Shown here: positions 24,575-36,184 of the stretch, one piece after another
Numbering within the stretch: the first letter of the stretch is position 1
Layout of the letters: each line of letters begins with the position of its first letter
Assembly (NCBI RefSeq): GCF_006345805.1
Contig: NC_043002.1
Span: forward strand, 39,432,001 to 39,496,000
Source of the DNA: Octopus sinensis
Lineage: Eukaryota
Direction: 5' to 3'
Length of the DNA stretch: 64,000 bases
Position numbers and translations under genes: made by a program
The notes under the pieces: model-generated
The model's database searches: none
Told to the model about the DNA's origin: nothing
Seen by the model: the letters and a program-made list of their open reading frames with translations, nothing else

Positions 24575-24977
24575 AGGTGTAGGAGTGGTTGTGTGGTAAG
24601 TAGCTTGCTTACCAACCACGTGGTTCTGGGTTCAGTCCAACTGCGTGGCACCTTGTGCAAGTGTCTTCTATTATAGCCTTGGGCTGACCAAAGCCTTGTG
24701 AGTGGATTTGGTAGACGGAAACTGAAAGAAGCCCATCGTATATATGTATATTTATATATGTATGTGTGTGTGTGTGTCTGTGTTTGTCCCGCAACATCGC
24801 TTGACAACTGATGCTGGTGTGTTTACGTCCCCGTAACTTAGCGGTTCAGCAAAAGAGACCGATAGAATAAGTACTAGGCTTACAAAGTATAAGTCCTAGG
24901 GTCGATTTGCTCAACTAAACGTGGTGCTCCAGCATGGCCACAATCACATGACTGAAACAAGTAAAAGAATAAAAGAG
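24575..24977 (+). mobile_element. SINE family B, full length
   Basis: Matches 9009-9410. Confidence 0.85.
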
Positions 24978-25078
24978 AGAGTATAGCTGAAATGCTTTTG
25001 GTCATAGGTCTATTTACTCAGGACTGACTCAAGGTTAAACACCAACAATCTGAAACAAGGAATATATGTGATACTTAC

Positions 25079-25158
25079 ACCAAAAGAGGAAACTTATCTG
25101 ACATAGAGACCAGGCTTTCAGCAAGTTTCTTTTTGTTGATGCCATATTCTCCAAGGAT
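25079..25158 (-). CDS. CENPM: Centromere protein M, coding exon 2 (ILGEYGINKKKLAESLVSMSDKFPLLV)
   Basis: Acceptor tttacctttctctgtAG, donor GT/GTAAGT, 80 nt, phase 0 to 2. Confidence 0.92.
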
Positions 25159-25276
25159 CTACAGAGAAAGGTAAATAAATATTATAACATTAAAACAACT
25201 GAATATTGTATAGCTTCTGATAACCTTCTTTTAATCAATGTGCTTCACAAGTTTCCAATACAAATCAGAAAACAGC

Positions 25277-25308
<32 letters not shown>

Positions 25309-25322
25309 TGTGGAAAAGTGGA

Positions 25323-25810
25323 CATCATCATCATTTAGCGTCCGCTTTCCATGCTAGCATGGGTTGGACGGTTCGACTGGGGTCTGGGAAGCCAGACGAC
25401 TGCACCAGGCCCAGTCTGATCTGGCAATGTTTCTACGGCTGGATGCCCTTCGTAATGCCAACTACTCCGTGAGTGTAGTGGGTGCTTTTTACATGCCACC
25501 GGCACAGGTGCCAGACGAGGCTGGCAAACGGCCATGGTCAGATGGTGCTTTTTACATGCCACCAGCACGGGGGCCAGGCGAGGCTGGCAACGGCCACAAT
25601 CAGATAGTTCGCTTATGTGCCACCGGCACTAGTATCACAGCTGCAATTTCCATTGATGTTGATCGACTTCAATTTTGGTTCTGATTTCCACTTGCCTCAA
25701 CAGGTCTTCACAAGTGGAGTTTTGTGTCCCAAGAAGGAAAGGTATGCATAAGTCGACTGGCTACATCCCAGGTAGAGGCCATGGGTTATGGTCTCACTTG
25801 TCCTGCCGGG
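25323..25810 (-). mobile_element. RTE LINE 3' UTR
   Basis: (CAT)n start on +, tandem units, upstream UTR sequence. Confidence 0.8.
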
Positions 25811-26819
25811 TCAACATGACATGATGGTGATAATATAACATCTTAATTAAAACAAACCTTCTATTATAAGATTTACTGCATTTTTGATTTTGAGAAAAAG
25901 AAAATTTCTTAGGAATGTTAACCACCTTACAAAAAGTATATCATGGAAAATGGCACAGGACACGAAATTAACGAAACTTGACTAAATTTAAAAACTCAAC
26001 ATAAAATATTCTCAGTCTTCTTCACGATCTACTGGAGTGACTCTTCCTGATATATGTACACACCATGCAGTTAAAGAGAAAAAAATTATTGAAATTAGTC
26101 ATTAGAAGATGCAAATTCACAAGTGCCGGATAAATCCTGGCGTGCATCGACAACAGGTCTTTTGAACCCTAGTGCAGTTAGTAAACCTAGTAATTTTGGC
26201 CTTTCTATAGCTTAATACTGACAGGGGTTGCATAGTTCTCCAGTAGATTTCATTTTCTCATTAGTAAAGACAAGATCTGCTTCGGTGAAGCAGAAATTAC
26301 TCATTTTACCCCGTTTTGGACATCATTTTCTGAAAATTGAATCAAAATAGAAATTAGTGTGGAAAAGAAAAATCTTTTTACTTGGAATCCAACAGAGAAA
26401 GAATTTTGACTGTTAAGCACTAAAAATTATCTAGATATTTTACCTCAATTACAATCGGGACAAGGACGAAAAATTCTTTGAAAACAAACTGTCACTTGAT
26501 TCAATTTCAAACCCTCTCAACTTTAACAATAACTATGCAGACCAATTTTACACTCAAAGATGACAAAACAGTACAAAATGATGATGCCATGCTTGTAATG
26601 TAATGGTATCAAACAGATAAAGAAAAAACAGCAAAAGATCGAAATTACTCATTTTGCCCCACCAACACCCTATATAACACTAACAATGCACATCATAAAA
26701 GCTACTCGTAAATACAGAAGATAGCAGTAAATATAGGGCTACTTGATCGTATAAGTGTAAAAACTTTCAGCACATAACAAAAGAAATAGCTTATATATAA
26801 CAAATTAATTTTAGTTTAC

Positions 26820-26894
26820 CAATACAGAGACTTTGTTAAGGAGAGGAGCACCGCTGTGTAGCCGGAGTATATCATTGGAAGGAGAGGAGGCCAT
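26820..26894 (-). CDS. CENPM: Centromere protein M, coding exon 1 (MASSPSNDILRLHSGAPLLNKVSVL)
   Basis: ATG in strong context (aaaATGG), donor TTG/GTAAAC, 75 nt, phase 0; aligns with recalled human MSVLRPLDKLPGLNTATIL. Confidence 0.88.
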
Positions 26895-27281
26895 TTTGAA
26901 ACTGCCGCTGAATCTGTTTTGAATTAATAATAACATTTGACGTTCCCATTCGAAAATTTCGTATATAAAAAATTATACATCGGTTAAAAAATATAATTGT
27001 GTGAAAAAAATTATTTAATTATTATTGGTTTTATTAAATCAATTATTTGAACTCTTTCCCGTGATTAAGATTTAGTACGTATATTTTTTTTTAAATCTAG
27101 CTCTTTATAAGAATAAAAATACCTCCCTGTTCAAATTTGTAATAACAGTCTGCTAATCCATTATCGCCTGTGGTCCTTTATTTAGGACCAGAAAGATAAT
27201 CCAACGTATTTCTGCAACACCTGTATTTTTCTGAGATATCTTTAGTTAGTCATCAAGACTGGAATGTCTTTCAAATGTTAC

Positions 27282-27401
27282 ACTTACTGTCTGATGTATA
27301 TTCGCAACACTGATGTCTCAGTTTTCAGTACAATGTGAAGATCTTGAGGAAAGGATACATTCAGTTTCGCGTATTATTCAGACAAAAATTTTTCAGTAAG
27401 T
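27282..27401. promoter_or_regulatory. Candidate bidirectional promoter / paired first exons
   Basis: GTAAGT donors face outward on minus (27282-27287) and plus (27396-27401); plausible acceptors at 26914-26915 (minus, just before the CENPM ATG) and 28185-28186 (plus). Confidence 0.35.
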
Positions 27402-27432
27402 TGTACTTATAACCAACCAATATTTGTATATA

Positions 27433-27663
27433 GGCGGCGAGCTGGCAGAAACGTTAGCACGCCGGACGAAATGCGTAGCCGTATTTCGTCTGCCGTTACG
27501 TTCTGAGTTCAAATTCCGCCGAGGTCGACTTTGCCTTTCATCCTTTCGGGGTCGATAAATTAAGTACCAGTTACGCACTGGGGTCGATATAATCGACTTA
27601 ATCCCTTTGTCTGTCCTTGTTTATCCCCTCTATGTTTAGCCCCTTGTGGGTAGTAAAGAAATA
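27433..27663 (+). mobile_element. SINE family C, young, 15-bp TSD
   Basis: aatatttgtatatag at 27419-27433 and 27664-27678. Confidence 0.9.
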
Positions 27664-27748
27664 AATATTTGTATATAGTATAAATAATTGTTTTAACTGG
27701 CCAATAAAGTCAAGAAAATCTTTGAAAGTAATTTTGTTCAGATATATG

Positions 27749-27973
27749 TTTCTTTACTACCCACAAGGGGTTACACACAGAGAGGACAAACAAGGACAGA
27801 CAAACGGATTAAGTCGATTACATCGATCCCAGTGCGTAACTGGTACTTAATTTATCGACCCCGAAAGAATGAAAGGCAAAGTCGACCTCGGCGGAATTTG
27901 AACTCAGAACGTAGCGGCAGACGAAATACGGCTACGCATTTCGCCCGGCGTGCTAACGGTTCTGCCAGCTCGC
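27749..27973 (-). mobile_element. SINE family C, young
   Basis: Near-identical reverse complement of 27433-27663. Confidence 0.9.
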
Positions 27974-28344
27974 ATAGCATGCTATAAAAGTTTGGTTCTG
28001 ATATAAGGACTATGGTCACTAGAAGTCCATTTTCCCCGTTTCTATGGATGTTGCTTACACGAGAAAACTGTTTGCGAAGGCAAGCTTTTTAATGCTGAAA
28101 ACATTTTCTATGTATAGACAGCTGTGAAAAATATATATATTTATTTGTTATTTTCTTTATTATTCGTATTTTAGTTTTATTTTCAGATACTCTCCCATGG
28201 CTTTCGGATCTTTTCTGTTAAGATCCTGGCTTTCTACTATACAGTCAAGTCATTCTATTTGGTGCATGATGCAGTAAATAAAGCAGAAGAAAATGAGTCT
28301 CCTTGTGATGAAAACTTGGTGCTACTATAGTATGCGGTCTACCA

Positions 28345-28558
28345 CGGTGTCAAACACACACACACATACACATATATATATATATATATATACGATAGGC
28401 TTCTTTCAGTTTCCGTCTACCAAATCCACTCACAAGGCATTGGTCGGCCTGGGGCTATAGCAGAAGACACTTGCCCAAGATGCCACACAGTGGGCCTGAA
28501 CCCAGAACCATGTGGTTGGTTAGCAAGCTACTTACAACACAGCCACTCCTGCGCCTAT
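28345..28558 (-). mobile_element. SINE family B, 5' half
   Basis: Reverse complement of the family B head ending gccactcctgcgccta. Confidence 0.8.
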
Positions 28559-28584
28559 AGAACTAATATATTTTTTTTTTTTGT

Positions 28585-28926
28585 CATGGATAAACCCATG
28601 ACTGCAGCAGTAACTCTAACAGGAAAATCTAAAAATGCAATAACTGACTGGTACAATGTGTGCTGTGAGGTGTGTGGAGCCATAGTTTATCATGAATGAC
28701 AAGGGAAGATCATGGGAACAAACGATAACCCCATTCAGATTGACAAAGTAAGATTTGCTGGTCAAAAAAATACAATCAAGCAAGAATGCTGAATGGGGAC
28801 AACAGTCCTTTCTTCGAAGACAATGATGCAGAACAAAGAAACAACAGGAACCATGGACATAGAATTGATGGGCCATGGGTTTTTGGTCCCAAACAAGGCT
28901 CAGACTGTCGATACTTTTGTGTGGAA
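28585..28926 (+). mobile_element. Merlin / ISXO2-like (IS1595-related) transposase remnant
   Basis: TDWYNVCCEVC...KIMG..NPIQIDKVRFAGQKKYNQARML...GPWVFG, with one stop and one frameshift; fits the recalled DW.NF.REVC, EIDES.F..RKYNRGR and WVFG blocks. Confidence 0.75.
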
Positions 28927-28929
28927 ACT

Positions 28930-29685
28930 TTTTTTGTATTGTGACATTCTTGTGTTCTTGTGCTGGTCACTTGTCATCATGACGTACTGACCCCTGGATT
29001 ACTTGACTACTGATTTTCGTTGTCATCTGACAGCTGGTCGCTGTGAAAACTCAACTCGTGCGCGACGCTGTATTACTGCTAAGCGCTCCTGTATCATCCT
29101 CGCCTGTGAGGGTAGCCAAAATAATGGCTAGCCCAGAGAGGAAGATAATGACCGAGACAAGAATCCGAGAGCTGAGATCGTCCTCGGACTCGGACGCAAA
29201 TACACACAACAAAAAGAAACCAATAGCAAAGAGATGCATAGCGGCACCAAGCCTCGAGGTCAGTGATGCGAAGGAAAAACTAAACTTTGCAGCAGCAGCT
29301 GGAGGGAAAAAGAAAGAAATAGACTGAGAAAACTTAGATGTGTTGGATCAGCACATCACAGGATCGGGTTCGGAAACCAAAATGGTGCAACCCAAGGAGA
29401 CACAGGAGGACGTTGAACGGAGGATGGTAGTCTTCAAAACGTTCAATGTCAAGGAGAAAAAGGTGGGATTCTCAACAGAGAACCAAATAGAAAAGTGCCT
29501 CGGTCCCATATGGCTGGGTTCCTTGCCCTACTGTGTAATATTAAATTTGTAAACTTTATATTGTAAATACTGTAGACATATTGTAAATACTAATACGTTT
29601 TAAGCTACTATACTCTATATGTTTGTCTGTATTTGTATGTCCCCTCTATGTAACACCTTAATGGCGAATTTTCATGAAATAAAGT
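28930..29685 (+). mobile_element. Internally deleted LINE-like element (5' UTR, ORF1 N-terminus, 3' end)
   Basis: CpG-rich leader, ataATGG at 29124, one frame to 29552 with a single TGA (MASPERK...NFAAAAGGKKK...RRMVVFKTF), then AT-rich 3' sequence ending in aataaa. Confidence 0.5.
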
Positions 29686-30035
29686 AGCTTTCTTATGAAA
29701 CACATGGTTCCAGGTTCAGTCCCATTGCATGGCACCTTGAGCAAGTGTCTTCTACTATAGCCTCGGGCCAACCAAAGCCTTGTGAGTGAATTTGGTTGAT
29801 GGAAACTGAAAGAAGCCCATCGTATATATGTATATCTATATGTATGTATGTGTTTGTGTGTCTGTCCCCCCAACATCGCACGACAACCGATGTTGGTGTG
29901 TTTACGTCCCCGTAACTTAGCGGTTCAGCAAAAGAGACCAATAGAATAAGTACTAGGCTTACAAAGAATAAGTCCTGGGGTCGATTTGCTTGACTAAAGG
30001 TGGTGCCACAGTCAAATGACTGAAACGAATAAAAG
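29686..30035 (+). mobile_element. SINE family B lacking its first ~20 nt
   Basis: Starts at gtagctt directly after the aataaa of the preceding element. Confidence 0.8.
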
Positions 30036-30039
30036 CGAG

Positions 30040-31424
30040 ATTCAAAATTAGACTGCTAGCTGATGCTCTGAATCAGAAGTTCAGTCAGTTTGGAGACTGT
30101 CAGTAGATGAACAGATAGTAAGATACTATGGAAAAAGCTCTCTAAAACAATTTATAAGGGGTAAGCCAGTAAGATTTGGTTTCATGCTTTGTTGTGCCTC
30201 TAGTGGCTATTGCTTTAGAATGTATTTATATATCAAGGAAAGAAAAATTAATCCTGCTTCCAATACCAAGAACAATGACAGTCTAGGTTCAAGAGTGGTT
30301 TTATCAATGACCTATTACCTAGGGAACCCCAATGATCATGAAATTTATGTTAACTTTTCCTCAAGTTATAATCTATTTGCACAAATGAAATCCTTAGGAA
30401 TCAGAATCGTGAGTTTAGTACGTTCAAACAGAACATCCAGATGTCCCCCGAAGGATGACAAATCCCAGAAAAAGGAAAATCATGGATCCTATGTCTACAA
30501 CTTTGAAGAAAAAGAAGAATTCTTTCTTTGAAATGGCATGACAACAATGTTTTCACAATTGCAAGCAATCATCAGTCTGCCACTTCTGTTGGAAATGCTA
30601 AAAGATGGTCAACCACATAGAAAGGAAATATTTGTTCCTCAGCCATTTCTCATATCTGAGTATAACAATGGGGAGTGTGGACCACTTAGACTGGCTTATC
30701 CAAAGGTATCGCATCTTTGTTACATCTAAGAAGTGGTACTTTAGTCTTTTCACAAATTCCCTTGATACCATATTGGTTAATTCCTGGGTTGTACATTGTT
30801 TTGCAAATGGAAATACTTTGACATTATTAGATTTCAGGAGGTCAGTTACACAAGCTTATTTGGAGTTATCCTCAGATTCTGATCCCAAAAATTCGGTACG
30901 GCCAAAGGTATTTTCTTCAAAAGTAATACCAGAAATTAGATTATCTACTACTGAATATATTCTTGATGGAACAGAGGGAGGGAAAGAAAGAAAATGTGTC
31001 TTTTACAAAAAAAAAAAAAGTTTCAAAACAATGTGTAAAATGTAATGTTGGTCTTTATATAGGTGAATGTTTCAACAAATGGCATTCGAAGTAATCTGTA
31101 TTTAGATTGTTCTGAAAAATAATTACTTTCTATTCTTTTTTTTTTCAAGTAATATGCATATTATTTGAATTAATAAATAAATAAAACAGTGCTTTTTTAT
31201 TTTTATTTTCCTTTTTGAAATCAAGTATTCTACTTTGAAAATCCTGTCTTTTTGAACAAAAGACCCTATATGCACATGGTCCTAAAAAAAGACCAAACTA
31301 AAAATGTACTTTTTTTCTTAGAATATTGTAATAAATTTTTTTTTTTGTATATTCAGTATCAGATAAAGTTGTATAAAAAGATTTTTGGTAATAAATTAAA
31401 GAAAAAAATTTGGGCACTAATGAG
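30040..31424 (+). mobile_element. piggyBac (PGBD2/3-like) transposase fossil with right end
   Basis: Frameshifted fragments LGSRVVL, VPQPFLISEYN, MGSVDHLD.LI.RYRI, SKKWYF, Cys-rich tail KCNVGLYIGECFNKWH* (stop 31094); end cactaatgag-TTAA at 31425-31428. Confidence 0.88.
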
Positions 31425-31518
31425 TTAACTTTCATCTTCAATAAAATAAGTGCCAGCCATGTACTAGGTTAGATTTAATGGACTATTCCCAAGATAACCC
31501 AGTTGTAGCAATACAACT

Positions 31519-32024
31519 GGGTTATTCCATATCTGAATGCCCAGTTTCAGAAAAATTTCCCAGGTCATCCCCTCAGATCCCCCTGCTCAGGTTACTGCTC
31601 AGAAATGATCTACTATATGCTAAGTAACAGGAAAAAAATTGTGGTTGCTTTCTCTAGTGTACATATTGAGATAAAAATACTGAAAAGAAGCATATATTTC
31701 CTGTGTGTTTAATTCTTGGCAATTTTCAGAGGCCTGTAGATGGAAAAATATAGATATTTGAACTCTACAGAAAAAGTTAGCCCCAAACACTTGTTTCCAA
31801 AGTTGTGCTTTATTAGAGGAGAAATGGTTGTCTCAAGTTTTTCCAAGAGGCTCATTCAGAAAAAATCTATAATTAAGTAATATTTTAAAGACCTACAATT
31901 TCAAAACTATCTTAGATATTGACCTAATGCTTGATATTTTTCCATCGTATAGGTACAGGAGCTAGTATGAATTTTTTCGGGGGGATCTGAGGGGTGACCT
32001 GGGTGATTTGACATGGAATGACTC
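31519..32024. mobile_element. Non-autonomous TIR DNA element, ~500 bp
   Basis: Outer gggttattccat / atggaatgactc and inner cccaggtcatcccctcagatcccc / ggggatctgaggggtgacctggg inverted repeats. Confidence 0.7.
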
Positions 32025-33049
32025 AGTTACTCTTATTAACATTACCAACTTGTGAAAAGGGAATCTTCACTCATAACAGGAATACTTCAGTTGAGCAACT
32101 GGAAAAGTATGGGAAGCATATTGTTGGACCAGGTTTACATTTTTCGTCTAAAGAACAAACCAGGAAAGGATAACACATAACAGCTGAGAGATGCCTGAAA
32201 GGAGTGTGACCTACTATATAACACCCAAAGAAATGCAACCACTACAGTTTAGTGGAGTCTTAAGCCACAGCGAGGTGGAAGCAAAGATTTCCATGACAGC
32301 AAGGTGATTGCATAATATGTCATTTTTCTAGCTGTTGTTGTGGTAGTGGGTTCCTCTCTCTACTTAAGAATTACTGTCTGGAAAAATATCTGTGACTAAA
32401 AGAATAATGATAACACAAAGACAAACTCCTCAAATTCATTGTTGTTTGAAAGGACAACAATGAGTCCATGGGACACACAAAACACAATCCAAAACTACAA
32501 ATCTACACATGAAAAGGATGGGCTTTGAGAAAATCATCCAAAAATTACCAGTGGAAAGATTTTGGATACAATTGATAAGTTTACCATGTCCACTAATAAG
32601 GGATTGGTGTCTGTTTCTTCAGTCCAAAATAAGTTACCTTTCTCATTTTCTTCACACCTCTTATGCTGGTTGTATAAATACAAATGACTTGGTGTCAGCT
32701 TGAAAGCAAGGACACTTACTCTATGACCCTAGATCACTGTTTTGGGGATCAAATTTTGGCACAAGGCCAATAGTTTCAAGGGAGGGTATTAGTTGATTTC
32801 ATTGATCCCAGTGCTCAACTGGTACTTATTTTAATGACTTGAAATTAAGAAAGGCAAAGTTGACCCTGGTGGAATTTGAACTCAGAACATTAAGATGAAA
32901 TGCTACTGAGCATTTTGTCTGGCATGCTAATGATTCTGCCAGCTATTTGCCTTGACCTTAGGTCACTGTATTAAAATGTGATAAATGTCAGCAAGACTAC
33001 TATTTCTGGGAGACATGCATCTTCTGAGTGGTTATGAGTTTTATACTTC

Positions 33050-33800
33050 TTTTTGTTGGCCTTGATCAAATTTATGGCTGTGTTGTTTCGTAAAAGACTG
33101 GATTTAGAGACAAGCACTATCTTCTACACTGAGGCTGCAACAGTTGCAGAAACTCTTGCACAACATTGGTCAGAAGGAGTGGTCATTTGCCAGACATCTA
33201 TTTCTACAGCTCATCTCCTTGACTGAGCAACAGTTCTGGTTCAAGCAGAACCAAAGTTGGACACCCAGCATCTGGAGTGTTATCAGGTGCTGATTGTACT
33301 CTAGAAATGTAGTTAGCAGAACATCAACTTTTGCTTTACAGAAAGGATTGTCAGCAGATATGAATGGCAATAGATTGGGGTTAATTCTGGACATCAAAGA
33401 AGAAAAATTCTTTTGATAACCTCTCAGATCAGGTGTTATGAACAATTTGCTAATGTTCTTGGTCAGACAGTACTACAGAGAGCATTGGCTATTCAGGTTA
33501 AACTCTACAGGCATAGTCATGTTGGAGCTATCAACAACTGTTTGCATTTGAGATGCATGCAGGACAATATAAATTTGAATTTGTTTGGTGTCTATGCATT
33601 GCTGTTCAATAGTTGTTACTGCATGTTGGATAAATCCAGCTATCTGTTGAGCTTATTGTGAGCATCAACCCATCACATTTTGGCTCAGAAAAGAGTGTAG
33701 TCTTTCTCTGCTTTGTGGCTATGGGGAAGGATATTTGTGGCAGGTGTGCTTCAAAAGCTTGAGAACAGCTTGTTTTTTCTCTATGCTTAAACTGATCAAA
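33050..33800 (-). mobile_element. Possible heavily decayed L1/Tx1-like ORF2 C-terminus
   Basis: Stop-riddled frames with a PFCKAKVD..LTTFLEY segment resembling the CPFC...HLF..C knuckle; weak. Confidence 0.25.
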
Positions 33801-34064
33801 CCCCTATTAACTCTTTTGAGAGAGAGCTGCTACACTCAGATTGATGTGGTTAAACAGATATCTTAACATATCTTCCTATGTTGTATTATCTTTGTAAACA
33901 AAAGGCTCATTCAAACAATGTTATTTATTTCCCACTCTGTGTAACCATAACTAGGCTGTTTGTTTTGCTATTGACTGGGAGATTATTACCTCAGTTTAAA
34001 ACAACTGCGGAAATGGTAATAGAAATGGCATCCAACAATAAAAAAGCTCTTCTCCATGCAGGTG

Positions 34065-34445
34065 TGGCTATATAGGCACAGGTATGGTTGTGATAAGAAG
34101 TTTGCATCCCAACCATATAGTTCCAGGTTCAGTTTCACTGCATGGCTTAGGCAAGTATTTTCTACTATAGCCTTGAGATGACCTAAACCTTGTGGATATA
34201 TTTGATTGATGAAAACTGAAAGAAGCCTGTAATGTATATATACATATGTGTGTGTGAATTTGTGTCTGTGATTGTCTCCACCACCACTTGACAACCAGTG
34301 TTGGTGTGTTTAGGGATCTTCAACTATGCAGTTCAGCAAAAGAAACTGATAGAATAAGTACTGAGCTTAAAACATAAGTACTGGGGTTGATTTGTTCAGT
34401 TAAAATTCCCTAAGGTGGTGCCTAGCACCAGTCTAATGATGGAAA
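34065..34445 (+). mobile_element. SINE family B, diverged
   Basis: Family B head, body and tail recognisable. Confidence 0.7.
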
Positions 34446-34449
34446 CGTT

Positions 34450-34938
34450 GTCATGTGACCCAGGCTGATGTCAGTGTTGCATTACTGGCACCCATGCCAG
34501 TGGCATGTACACAGCACCCTTTGAATGTTAGGCAATATGCCATGTTTGAGAAAACCCATCAAACCATGTGAAATTGTAGTTGTGGCTGATGCCAGTGTTG
34601 CAGAACTGTCACATAGAAAGTACCTTCAAACTTTGGGCCTCACAGAGGCAGTGACAAGTGACTGAGACCACTGGCAATATACTGTGCTTGAGAAGACCTG
34701 TCAAGCCAAGTGAGACCATAGTTGTGGCCAGTGACACTGTTTTGTAACTGGTACCCATGCTGGTGGCATGTAAAAAGCACCCACTACACTCTTGGAGTGG
34801 TTGGTGTTGGAAACGGCATCCAGCTATAGAAACTATGCCAAATCAGATTTGAACCTGGTGCAGCTTCTCAGCTCATCAGTTTTCAGTCAAACCGTCCAAC
34901 CCATGCCAGCATGGGAAATGGACATTAAATGATGATGA
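34450..34938 (+). mobile_element. RTE LINE 3' end
   Basis: ORF2-end motif gcaatatactgtgcttgagaagacc and (GAT)n tail. Confidence 0.75.
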
Positions 34939-35655
34939 ATTCATGGAAGTGTTTTAGGGTTAGGTGAGATGACTTGCAGCATTTGTTCTGTTTCTTTGAA
35001 TTCTGAGTGCAATGCTTTTAATGAAACTTTATTCACATTAACCCCTTTTGTTACTATATTACTGTTGAAATACTCTACCTTTGTTTTGGTTAATTTAGGA
35101 AATATTGACGAAGTTAATTAAATAATTTTGGCATTGTTAAGTTGGTGTTTGTATCATAAATTAACATGACGGAAAGTTTTAATTAGATCATATGGCTATG
35201 TGGTAAGAAGCTTGCTTCCCAACCATATGGTTTGGGCAAGTGTCTTCTATAGCTTTGGGCCAACCAAAGCCTCATGAGTGGATTTGGTTGACAGAAACTG
35301 AAAGAAGCCTGTCATATGTATGTCTATGTATGTATGTCATCATCATCATTGTCTACTTTCCATGCTGGTATGGGTTGGATGGTTTGACTGAGGGCAGGCA
35401 AGCCAGGAGCCTGCACCAGGCTCCAATCCAATGTATATATGTATTTGTGTGTGTGTCTTTGTGTTGGTGTTTGTCTCTCCACCCACGTCACTGCTAGACA
35501 ACCAGTGTTGGTGTGTTTACATCCCCGTAACTTAACAGTTCAGCAAAAGAGACTGATAGAATAAGTTCTAGGCTTAAAAAAATAAGTCTTGGGATTTAGT
35601 TTGACTAAAACCCCTGAAGGTGGTGCCACAGCATAGCCACACTCAAATGACTTAA

Positions 35656-35877
35656 CCCTTTTGTTACCAACCCGGCTGAAACTGGCTCTGGCTATTTAGT
35701 ACAGATGTTTTGTTTTCATGAGTTTTGAATTAAAATCTTCCACCAAACCTTAGTCACAATTTATGTTCCTAACACTAGCTGAATGATAGCTAAGTTACTT
35801 TACTAAATTCTTTGTTATATTTTAAATTAATTAAAAGAAACACAGAGCATCTCAAAATAAATACAGTAATGAAAGGG
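35656..35877. mobile_element. piggyBac-type MITE, second family, inserted into a SINE B tail
   Basis: TTAA-cccttttgttac...gtaatgaaaggg-TTAA; flanks rejoin as caaatgac-ttaa-acaagt. Confidence 0.8.
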
Positions 35878-35963
35878 TTAAACAAGTAGAAGAATAAAAC
35901 AAGAAGTTTTTTTTATCATAGAACCTAAGGCATTCTCAGGTGGGTTAGTATCAAAAGAGTTAA

Positions 35964-36184
35964 GCCTACTGCATTCAGATTACACTGTCAAATGCAGTGC
36001 TTATTTTTTCACACTGTTTTGAATTAATCATATATTATTTTGTATCTTTGCTCTTTCAATGATGTGATTTTTTCAATTTTAGAATGACATTGTAGGTTAG
36101 GTGTGAGAGGCTGGATCTGACCAGTTTGAACATAAAACTTGTTGAATATTTGGGCTGCATATGGTCAGTTTAAATGCTAAAGGG
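35964..36184. mobile_element. piggyBac-type MITE (family of 17018-17208)
   Basis: TTAA at 35960-35963 and 36185-36188. Confidence 0.75.

Noticed and set aside
30184-31094. Domesticated PGBD gene
   Set aside because: Multiple frameshifts and loss of the catalytic Asp in the FDN motif.
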